This document shows, in pieces, positions 56,279 through 64,000 of a stretch of 64,000 bases of DNA. The translations under genes were made by a program, and so were the position numbers. Source of the DNA: Bacilli bacterium (GTDB taxonomy: Bacteria > Bacillota_I > Bacilli_A > RFN20 > CAG-449). How positions within the stretch are numbered: the first letter of the stretch is position 1; the number at the start of each line of letters is the position of its first letter. The DNA lies in assembly GCA_048359995.1 (NCBI GenBank), contig DBGCPK010000005.1, positions 56,585 through 120,584 of the forward strand, in the 5' to 3' direction. The notes under the pieces are model-generated. The model did not search any database. It was not told the DNA's origin and saw only the letters and a program-made list of their open reading frames with translations.

Positions 56279-59116
56279 ATGAAGAATCGGATATTGACAA
56301 ATAGTTTTCGGAATGTCCGGAAATCGTTCCCGCGCTTTCTTTCTCTCTTCATTATGAGTCTCTTGGGCGTTTTCGTCTTTGCCGGTTTAAAATCTACCGC
56401 GCCCGATATGCTGAGGACGTTGGACAATTATCTGGACGACGCGGATAGTTACGATCTCAAAATCGTCTCGGGGCAAGGAATCACCGACGACGACATTGAC
56501 GCGTTAAAAGCCGTCGAAGGAATCGAGGAAGCGGAAGGTGTCCGCGCGAGGGATTTGCTCTTTTCCGTCGGCGAAGATCAGTATGTCGTCAACGTCAGTT
56601 CCTTGCCTTCGAAGATCAATCGTCTGAAATTGATCGACGGCGTTTTTCCGGAAAAAAACAATGAAATCGTCGTCGAAGAAAACTTGATCGAAAAGAACGG
56701 TCTGCAATTGAACGACCGCATCGTTTTGAATTCGGAGTATCTTCGTGAAAGCGAATACGTCATCGTAGGCACTGTCGACAGCGCCTTGTATTTCAACAAC
56801 ACCGGAACGGGGCAGAATCGGGGAAGCACTTCGGTTGGTTCGGGAACGATTCATTTCTACTCCTATGTTTTGGATTCCACTTTTCAAATGGATTATTATA
56901 CCGCCGCTTATCTGACGGTGGAAGGCGCGAAAGAAGACACGACTTCATCGGATTCTTACCTGAAAAAAATCGCTTCCGCGGTTGCTTCGATCGGCGAAAT
57001 CAAGGAAGAAAGAGAGGAAATTCGATATCGCGAGATTTATTCTTCTCTCGAACAGTCGATCGACGCACAGGAGGCGGAGGTGCTTCTCTATCTGGAAGAC
57101 TACCGAGATCAAATCGATCAGGCGAAAGCAAGTTATTTTCAAGCGGAAACGGAATGGAAAACCGCTTTGCAATCTGCGTCTTTGAGCGAAGAAACTCTGA
57201 ATCCGACGGTCGAAGAGGCGGAAAGCCGGATTTCCGAAATGAGGAATCAAATGGAGACTTTGGACCCCGAAAGCGAAGAATACGCAGCTTTGATTCTTCA
57301 AATCGAAACGGCGGAAACGCGATTGAACGGATTAAAGGCGCTTCAAAGCGCGAGGGAAGAACTGAACGTTCAAGAAGAACAAATCCGCATTGCCGAAGCG
57401 GAATACGCGGAAAGCGAAGAGGAATGGAAAGAGAAGATCGACAGCGCGCGGAGAGAATTGAGTCAATTGAAAAAGGGAACGTGGTACATCAACGACAGAA
57501 GCGACAATTCCACCTATTCCGATTATATCGACGACACGGCCAGCATCGACAATCTGGCGAGAATATTCCCGTTGATCTTTTACGCCGTCGCGGTTCTGGT
57601 GAGCCTGATTTCGATGAATCGGATGGTCGAGGACGACCGTTTGGAAATCGGAACGTTGAAATCGCTGGGCTTTTCCGACGGATACATCATGGTAAAATAC
57701 CTTTTGTTCGCGTTTTCGGCGACGTTAATCGGGGGAATCATCGGCTGCGCTTTGGGATCGGTGATCATTCCTTCGCTGATTTTCAATATCTATCGCATTC
57801 TCTTCGAAGTCCCGAATTTCAGCCTCGCGATTCATTGGATTTCGTCGCTGTTGGGAATTTTGATTTCCTTTGTCTGCGTCGTGGGAACGACCGCGTTTAC
57901 GGTAAGCGCGGTTTTAAGAGAGAAACCGAGCGAACTGATGAGGCAGAAGGCGCCGAAAGGCGGAAAGAGAGTCGCGCTTGAAAAAGTCGGATTCCTCTGG
58001 AAAAGGCTTTCCTTTTCCAATAAAATAACCGTAAGAAATCTTTTCCGATACAAGAAAAGGGTATTAGTAACCATCTTCGGGATCGCCGGCTGCACGGCGT
58101 TGATGCTCTGCGGATTCGGGCTGAAAGATTCCATATCCAATATCCCCGAAAAACAGTACAGCGAAGTATTTACTTTCGACGGTATGGCTTATTTGAATAA
58201 TCCGGACGAAAAAGAAATCGGAACGCTTTTTTCGGATCAGGCGATAGAAAAAATCACCGAAGTGGAAAGTTTAAGCGCGACGATCTCTTCCAGAGAACTC
58301 AACCTTTTCATCTGCGACAAAGACCGTATAGGCGACATCGTCCGTTTTAACGATAAAAAGGGAAACGCGTTGACTCTCGAAAGCGGGAAAGTCATCATCA
58401 GCGAAAAACTCGCGGAATTGGAGAAACTGAAAGTCGGCGACACGATTTCGTTTGTCGATATCGACAATGTCGGTTATGCATACGAAATTTCCGGAATCTG
58501 TAAAAACTACATCAATCATTACATCTTCGTCGATTCGGGAACGTTTGAAGAAAGCGGACAGAGATTTATTCCGAATGTGGTGTTCTTTTCGACGATTGAA
58601 TTGAACGAAAGTAGAAGGGATACGCTTTCCGCCTCCCTGCTCGCCAACGACGAGATCATCAACGTGTCGTTCGTGGAAGTGTTGATCGATCAGGTGGACA
58701 ATATGCTGCAATCGCTGAACAAGGTCGTGATCATTCTGATCGTTCTGGCGGCGCTTCTCTCTTTCGTAGTGTTGTACAACCTTTCCAACATCAACATTCA
58801 CGAGCGGAAAAGGGAGATCGCCACGCTGAAAGTACTCGGTTTCTACGACAAGGAAGTCGATCAATACATCACGAAAGAAAACGTTCTTCTGACGCTCATA
58901 GGCATTGCCGTCGGGCTTCTGGCGGGGTATTTCATCACGCATCTGGTGATCGCCACGATCGAAATCGAAAGAGCCCGATTTATTCGTCAAATCTTCTTTA
59001 CCAGTTATCTCTTTTCGTCGGTGATCGCCTTCTTGTTCACCTTGATCGTCAACTTCGTCACGCATTTCAGTTTGAAAAGAATCGACATGATCGAAAGTTT
59101 AAAAAGCGTAGAGTAA
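56279..59116 (+). CDS. ABC transporter permease, FtsX/MacB-type with two FtsX domains and central coiled-coil
   Basis: 945 aa; each FtsX module is followed by 3-4 TM helices; a long E/A-rich coiled segment. Confidence 0.85.
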   Translation: MKNRILTNSFRNVRKSFPRFLSLFIMSLLGVFVFAGLKSTAPDMLRTLDNYLDDADSYDLKIVSGQGITDDDIDALKAVEGIEEAEGVRARDLLFSVGEDQYVVNVSSLPSKINRLKLIDGVFPEKNNEIVVEENLIEKNGLQLNDRIVLNSEYLRESEYVIVGTVDSALYFNNTGTGQNRGSTSVGSGTIHFYSYVLDSTFQMDYYTAAYLTVEGAKEDTTSSDSYLKKIASAVASIGEIKEEREEIRYREIYSSLEQSIDAQEAEVLLYLEDYRDQIDQAKASYFQAETEWKTALQSASLSEETLNPTVEEAESRISEMRNQMETLDPESEEYAALILQIETAETRLNGLKALQSAREELNVQEEQIRIAEAEYAESEEEWKEKIDSARRELSQLKKGTWYINDRSDNSTYSDYIDDTASIDNLARIFPLIFYAVAVLVSLISMNRMVEDDRLEIGTLKSLGFSDGYIMVKYLLFAFSATLIGGIIGCALGSVIIPSLIFNIYRILFEVPNFSLAIHWISSLLGILISFVCVVGTTAFTVSAVLREKPSELMRQKAPKGGKRVALEKVGFLWKRLSFSNKITVRNLFRYKKRVLVTIFGIAGCTALMLCGFGLKDSISNIPEKQYSEVFTFDGMAYLNNPDEKEIGTLFSDQAIEKITEVESLSATISSRELNLFICDKDRIGDIVRFNDKKGNALTLESGKVIISEKLAELEKLKVGDTISFVDIDNVGYAYEISGICKNYINHYIFVDSGTFEESGQRFIPNVVFFSTIELNESRRDTLSASLLANDEIINVSFVEVLIDQVDNMLQSLNKVVIILIVLAALLSFVVLYNLSNINIHERKREIATLKVLGFYDKEVDQYITKENVLLTLIGIAVGLLAGYFITHLVIATIEIERARFIRQIFFTSYLFSSVIAFLFTLIVNFVTHFSLKRIDMIESLKSVE

Positions 59117-59132
59117 AAAAGTCAAAAAAATG

Positions 59133-59222
59133 CTTGAAAATTTTTTTTGCAAAGGGATAAAATCTTTATGAACGTGTAGCAGAAATGCGTAAGTCCGGTT
59201 TGAAGGGCTTACGCTTTTTTTA
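59133..59222 (+). promoter_or_regulatory. MATE-gene leader: candidate promoter TTGAAA-N17/18-TAAAAT followed by terminator-like hairpin GCGTAAG-(14-nt loop)-CTTACGC plus T8
   Basis: The hairpin plus U-tract (59187-59222) lies between the promoter-like element and the GGAGG RBS of the MATE gene. It is either the intrinsic terminator of the ABC operon or a 5'-leader attenuator. Confidence 0.45.
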
Positions 59223-59233
59223 TGGAGGTTACT

Positions 59234-60622
59234 ATGGAAAACAAATTAGGAGTGCGACCGATCGGAAAACTGATTTGGAGTTTGGGAATACCGATGATCG
59301 TCTCGATGGTCTTGCAGGCGGTCTACAATATCGTTGATACCGCCTTCGTTGTCAATATGCCGGAATACGGTCAGGAAGGAAACTTGGCGTTGACGTATGC
59401 CTTTCCGGTACAGCTGGTCATCATCGCGCTGGGCGTGGGAACTGGCGTAGGAATCAATTCGATATTATCGAAATATCTAGGAGAAAAGAAATACGATTCG
59501 GCGGGAAAAATCGTCGGAAACGGGCTGTTCATCTCTATCGTCATCTACCTCTTTTTCCTCTTGTTCGGAATTTTCTTTTCCGAATCTTTCATTGCGATGC
59601 AGGGAAACAATGCGCAGGCGATACGCATGGGAACGGATTATCTGAGAATATGCTGCTGCCTCTCTTTCGGAGTGATCGGATTCAACCTTTTCGAGAGGTT
59701 GTTGCAGTCGACGGGAAAGACGATGTATTCGACGATCGCGCAGATTGCCGGCGCGGTGATCAACATCGTTTTGGATTACGTCTTCATCTTTCCTTGCCAT
59801 CTTTCGGTGAAAGGCGCGGCATACGCGACGATTTTGGGACAGATTGCTTCATTCCTTCTGGCGGCGTTGTTTCATTTCTGGAAGAACCGCGAATTGAAAT
59901 TTCGTTGGAAAGACATCAAACCCGAGGGAAAATTTTTAAAGGAAATCTATCGGATCGGATTACCGGCGATCATCATGCAGGGATTGCTTTCCGTGATGAT
60001 GCTGGGGATGAATTTGATTTTGGGAACATCCGAAAAGAACGCGGAACTCCTGCAAGGTTCTTTCGGCATTTACTATAAAATTCAACAGATGAGCCTGTTC
60101 GCTTGTTTCGGGTTGAGCAATACGATCATTACCGTCGCCTCTTACAACTACGGAAAGAAAAACGCTCCGCGTGTCAAGGAAGCGGTGAAATTCGGCATTC
60201 TCGATACGATGATCGTCGCTTTGATCATTACGGCTCTTTTCGAAATTTTCGCTCAACCGATCGCGGCATTATTCGGTATGGCCAGCGGAGAAAGTTCGTC
60301 GGAAATCACGGAAGTCTGCGTAATGGCGATCCGGATCGCTTCCGTTTCCTATCTTTTTATGGGAATCAATGTCGCCGTGCAAGGCTGCTTGCAAGCCTTC
60401 CGGAAAGTGGTCAGCCCCGTCGTCATTTCTCTATTGAGGTTGGTCGTGTTCGTATTTCCGTTCGCATATCTTTTTACTCTGTCTTCTTCGCCGACAAATT
60501 ACTTATGGTGGACATTCCCGATCGGCGAAGTTCTGACCTGTTTTTTCTCCGTCGGTTTTTTGAGAAAGTCTTTGAAAGAATTAAAAGACCGACTTCCGTC
60601 TCCGGAGGTCGCGGGCGAATAA
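59234..60622 (+). CDS. MATE-family multidrug/oligosaccharide efflux transporter
   Basis: 12-TM protein with the MATE N-terminal block GIPMIVSMVLQAVYNIVDTAFV. Confidence 0.85.
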   Translation: MENKLGVRPIGKLIWSLGIPMIVSMVLQAVYNIVDTAFVVNMPEYGQEGNLALTYAFPVQLVIIALGVGTGVGINSILSKYLGEKKYDSAGKIVGNGLFISIVIYLFFLLFGIFFSESFIAMQGNNAQAIRMGTDYLRICCCLSFGVIGFNLFERLLQSTGKTMYSTIAQIAGAVINIVLDYVFIFPCHLSVKGAAYATILGQIASFLLAALFHFWKNRELKFRWKDIKPEGKFLKEIYRIGLPAIIMQGLLSVMMLGMNLILGTSEKNAELLQGSFGIYYKIQQMSLFACFGLSNTIITVASYNYGKKNAPRVKEAVKFGILDTMIVALIITALFEIFAQPIAALFGMASGESSSEITEVCVMAIRIASVSYLFMGINVAVQGCLQAFRKVVSPVVISLLRLVVFVFPFAYLFTLSSSPTNYLWWTFPIGEVLTCFFSVGFLRKSLKELKDRLPSPEVAGE

Positions 60623-60656
60623 TGATTGCGCTTCAAAGCGTTTTTAAAAATAAAAT

Positions 60657-61355
60657 TTAGTCGGAAATCCGAATGTGATGCTGTCGGATAAAGATGAAAT
60701 CGCCGTCTTCTATTTGCAGGAAGTCATACGCGTAGCGATCGTATTCGACGTCTTTTCTTAGCGCGGCCAAACACTCCATTGTCGAGTAGCAAAGGCTTTT
60801 GATTTCCTCTGAACTTTGATTGCTTCTTTCCGCGAAAATGTCCAGTTTTTCGTATAAATCCTCTTCTTTTTCGATTGAAAAAGTCAGGTAATAGTAACTC
60901 GGCCCATAGTATTTCGAACCATAATAATATCCCGAGTAATACTCTTCCGTCATGCAGATGGTCAGATTTTTCTGCTCGGTTTCGGTATAATCTTTCGTGC
61001 ATTCGATCTGAAAGTCCTCTTCTTCGAAACGAATCGGCTGATCGAAGTAGTACGAAATCTCTCTTTCCTCTTCGAAAGTAAAACGGTATTCGTTTCCGAC
61101 GGAAAATTCTCTTTCCGAAGCGATACTCAGAAGAAATCGCGGACAAATAAAGATCTGTTCTTTTCCGCTTTGTTTGTAAAATACTCCGGAAAATTCCTTG
61201 AACGTTCTTTGTTGCAAACCCAAAAGCGTTTCGTTGATTCCTGAGTTCGGTTCTTCGGAAAGAGACGAATTGTCGGATAAACCGGTAGAGGAACGGCAGG
61301 AACTTGCCGTCAGAAGGTAGAGCAGAAATAAAAGGGATTTCAAGTGTTTACGCAT
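60657..61355 (-). CDS. Lipoprotein, hypothetical
   Basis: MRKHLKSLLFLLYLLTASSC signal plus lipobox. A longer ORF upstream is unlikely. Confidence 0.6.
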   Translation of the reverse strand: MRKHLKSLLFLLYLLTASSCRSSTGLSDNSSLSEEPNSGINETLLGLQQRTFKEFSGVFYKQSGKEQIFICPRFLLSIASEREFSVGNEYRFTFEEEREISYYFDQPIRFEEEDFQIECTKDYTETEQKNLTICMTEEYYSGYYYGSKYYGPSYYYLTFSIEKEEDLYEKLDIFAERSNQSSEEIKSLCYSTMECLAALRKDVEYDRYAYDFLQIEDGDFIFIRQHHIRISD

Positions 61356-62802
61356 AGGCGACCTCCTTATACAAATTGACGATAAAATGATTGATTGTGT
61401 ATGCATTCGCCGAGATGAAACGATTTCCGGAATGTACCGAGTTGCTAATAATTCCAATCAAATAGCAGTTCGTTGTGGGTACTCCGTTAATAACGGACGT
61501 GGTTTGATGAAAAATTGGTCCACCGCTATTCCCTTCACTAATGACGAGGTCATCAGAACGAATATATTTTTTTGAAAATTCGTCGACCAATTCCAGTGAA
61601 TGATAAAGGGGATAATTAGTCCATAGAGAATTGTTTACAAATCTTCCGTCTTCGTTTTTTAATGATGGAAAACCAGCAGATTGTGCCATAGTAAAATTTG
61701 CATTATCAAAATGAGCTATACCCATATATGAATGAACTTTTATATCGCTCATTGTTTGCTTTGCAATTGATATCGACCAATCGTAAATTGCCGAAACAGA
61801 TTTTCCCGATTGAGTATCAGAACGATAGATCACAAAGGAAATAGGTAAATATGTTTTTTGAACTTCATAATTGCCGCAAAAATAATGATTTGGAGGCATA
61901 TATCCAGGTTTAAAATTAACGTTACATGTCAATGTACTTAAAGTTCTACCGGAATATTTTCTTTCATTGAAAAAAAGATGTGCGCTGGATAAAATAACAT
62001 TTTCACTTACAAACGTACCTGTTCCTCCGGTAGATAGTGAAGATTGAACAGCGCCATCGTATTTTAAATCACCGCTCATTTTAGCGATTGAACTATAATA
62101 ACTATAAGTTGGATCGCTGACTAACCGTCGATTATCATTTTCAATTCCAAAAGTATAATTAGTTTCTTCAAGTAAAGAATTGTAAACAACAGAACTTCCG
62201 TTAGAAACAACTTTACTCTCCGTTAAAACTGAAGAAGATGATGAGATGTCAAAGGATTGTATGGTATAATGATAACCTAAACTTGAATCCGAGTCTTTGC
62301 TTTGACATAAAATATATTTTTCGTGATTTGATAAATTTGTTAATGTACATTTCTTTATTTCAAGACTAAAAGAATTTTGATTTTGAGCGGTATTTGTTAT
62401 TTCAAAAATATAATCAGTGTTAGCATCTAGGTAAAACAAATTCAGATCTGCGTTTGCGTTGTTGATACGGGTTAAATAATTTTTGTCGGAAATTAAATTT
62501 TTATAGAAAAGTCGGATTGTTGCATTGGAGCCTGAATAATTCAAACGACAAATCTGTGATTCTAATGATGAAAAAGCAAAGTATTTAGTCTCATTTTTCG
62601 AGAGAAAATCTGCTTTTATTTTTTTATTCAATTCAAGGGTTTGCTCAACGGAAACGGATACTTCCGAGTCTAAAACTTCTTCGACCAGTTTTTTTTCCGT
62701 AATTGAGGAGCAAAAATTTTCCGCCTTCGATAAAACCTTTATTGTAGAAAAATTTTCTGGGATACAAAGAGAAATAAATAGAAATAAAGGAAATCTTTTC
62801 AT
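61348..62802 (-). CDS. Secreted trypsin-like serine protease (S1B, glutamyl-endopeptidase-like)
   Basis: Signal peptide; catalytic-triad context ILSSAHLF (His), DWSISIA (Asp) and GNSGGPIF (Ser). Confidence 0.7.
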   Translation of the reverse strand: MKRFPLFLFISLCIPENFSTIKVLSKAENFCSSITEKKLVEEVLDSEVSVSVEQTLELNKKIKADFLSKNETKYFAFSSLESQICRLNYSGSNATIRLFYKNLISDKNYLTRINNANADLNLFYLDANTDYIFEITNTAQNQNSFSLEIKKCTLTNLSNHEKYILCQSKDSDSSLGYHYTIQSFDISSSSSVLTESKVVSNGSSVVYNSLLEETNYTFGIENDNRRLVSDPTYSYYSSIAKMSGDLKYDGAVQSSLSTGGTGTFVSENVILSSAHLFFNERKYSGRTLSTLTCNVNFKPGYMPPNHYFCGNYEVQKTYLPISFVIYRSDTQSGKSVSAIYDWSISIAKQTMSDIKVHSYMGIAHFDNANFTMAQSAGFPSLKNEDGRFVNNSLWTNYPLYHSLELVDEFSKKYIRSDDLVISEGNSGGPIFHQTTSVINGVPTTNCYLIGIISNSVHSGNRFISANAYTINHFIVNLYKEVAYA

Positions 62803-63096
62803 CGACTAATCATCTCCATAATATATTAAACTAAATTAATTATATGCGATAAAAAATTATTTTACAAGACAATAGCTGCGTTTTGCATTTATTGGCAATT
62901 TGCCTCGAATCGACCGAAATGCGAAAGAGAATCGTATTTTTTATGCGGCTTGAAATCGAGAATTATTTTTTTTAAAAATAACGAGGGATATTTAAAATTT
63001 TTTCAAGGGATACATTAAAATTAATGAAAGAAAAAAACGGACTTTTGTTGTAACGTAAAATTGTGAAAGCGGTTACTTAACCAAAAGGAGATTTTT

Positions 63097-64000
63097 ATGA
63101 AGAAAAGATACATAGCGCTGACATTATCGGTTCTCACATTGCTGGGATTGGTCGGTTGTAACGGTACGACCGATAATTCCGGATCTTCCGTCATTCCTGT
63201 CGGAGAAAAGGGAGATAAAGGCGATCCCGGCGAACCTGGCGCGCCGGGAGAAAAAGGGGATCAGGGCGAACCGGGAGAACCTGGCGAACCGGGAGAAACG
63301 GCATATTCCAATACCATTTTGACCAACGATGACGGAGTTGTGAAAGTCGACGTCGGTTCGGCTGTCGTCGGCGAGAATGTCACGTTTACGATTTTACCTG
63401 GAGCGGACACGGCCGTCTTAGGTCTGAAACTGAACGATACGATCGTCTACGAAGCGGATTTGACTCCTCTTTCGGACGGGACGTACACTTACACGACGGC
63501 GATGGTGCAAAACGGATTCGTGGTCGAAGGAATTTTCATCGGTCCGGAAAGTAAAATCCGAATCAATTTGACCGATTACGACGCGGGAGACGTTCAAGCC
63601 AAAGTCGGAGAGACGATCACCTTGCCGAGCGCAGATGTCTACGATCGGTACGGAAACGATCTCACTTATCTCTTGGAGATCACGGATACGACAGATTCGG
63701 CTGCGCTGATCGAGGGACAGACGATCACTTCCTCCGTCTCCGGAACGCATGAAATCAAATACACGATTAAGAATCCGGAAACCGGCGATGTGATGAACGA
63801 GAAGACGGTCGAAGTTCTCTTCGCGCGGAATCTTCTGGCTTGGAACGACAATACATTTACGGTCGAAAACGAGATGGCGGTAGATGATGAACAATACATT
63901 TCTTCGACGAATACCGGCTTCGGATTGATGAAATTGAATTACGATTTAAGCGAAACTTATTATGCCGAGGCCGTGATTCAACGCGAAACGGACGACCATT
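63097..64000 (+). CDS. Lipoprotein with collagen-like G-X-Y repeat tract, 3'-truncated by window edge
   Basis: AAAAGGAG RBS. Signal plus lipobox LVGC. GEKGDKGDPGEPGAPGEKGDQGEPGEPGEPGE repeats. Open to the end of the window. Confidence 0.75.
   Translation, partial: MKKRYIALTLSVLTLLGLVGCNGTTDNSGSSVIPVGEKGDKGDPGEPGAPGEKGDQGEPGEPGEPGETAYSNTILTNDDGVVKVDVGSAVVGENVTFTILPGADTAVLGLKLNDTIVYEADLTPLSDGTYTYTTAMVQNGFVVEGIFIGPESKIRINLTDYDAGDVQAKVGETITLPSADVYDRYGNDLTYLLEITDTTDSAALIEGQTITSSVSGTHEIKYTIKNPETGDVMNEKTVEVLFARNLLAWNDNTFTVENEMAVDDEQYISSTNTGFGLMKLNYDLSETYYAEAVIQRETDDH

Noticed and set aside
57154-59065. Long alternative-frame and antisense ORFs (57154-57981 +, 58271-59065 -) inside the FtsX permease gene
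   Set aside because: R/E-rich, low-complexity translations typical of off-frame reads of GC-rich coding DNA. The in-frame permease has coherent TM and coiled-coil architecture.
60625-60652. Intrinsic terminator after the MATE gene
   Set aside because: GCGCTT-CAA-AGCG followed by TTTTT forms only a 4-5 bp stem with a 2-3 nt loop, too weak to call confidently.
1-64000. Search for CRISPR arrays or other regularly spaced short repeats
   Set aside because: No run of repeats of about 28-37 bp with uniform spacers was seen anywhere. The only repeat structures are the 17-bp IR pair, a 14-bp direct repeat at 26346/26391, and the lipoprotein gene duplications.

Overview
This 64-kb window is a moderately GC-rich chromosomal segment of Gram-positive (Bacillota-like) character. 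The core housekeeping genes are a 5'-truncated dus, hup, lysS, htpG, galT and galK, purB and purA, an rluD-like gene, a MacB-type ABC exporter and a MATE pump. An AT-rich accessory island of about 26.6 kb (roughly 1.1-28.0 kb) interrupts them. The island begins with a small Hin/resolvase-type serine recombinase gene. Immediately next to it is a 111-bp segment flanked by perfect 17-bp inverted repeats, and this segment carries a near-consensus sigma70-type promoter (TTGCAA-17-TATACT). That is a candidate invertible ON/OFF switch. Downstream lies a tightly coupled, single-strand 18-gene cluster of about 23.7 kb, led by a NusG paralog (LoaP/UpxY-like). The cluster encodes a TetR regulator, a transglutaminase-like Cys protease and a ClpB-D2-type AAA+ ATPase. 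It also encodes an NrdG-like radical-SAM activase with no partner enzyme, and a TRAFAC GTPase with a zinc ribbon. Several large proteins have no recognisable domains, and there are two membrane-anchored surface proteins, one ending in a Hint domain. Further genes encode HExxH proteins with acidic tails carrying repeated FFE motifs, a soluble VirD4/TraG-like ATPase and a polytopic membrane protein. The island ends in an IS30-family transposase remnant. I could not assign this gene combination to any described system, so it is the main candidate for a novel biological system, most likely phase-variable. Outside the island, notable items include a LysS fused to a Myf-type tRNA-binding domain and a standalone GlmU-type LbH acetyltransferase domain. 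There is a CIRCE-like half-operator at htpG and tandem triplicated lipoprotein genes. A terminator-like hairpin sits inside the MATE gene leader, and the window ends with a collagen-repeat lipoprotein. All calls are from reading the sequence and translated ORFs by eye; no database searches were run.
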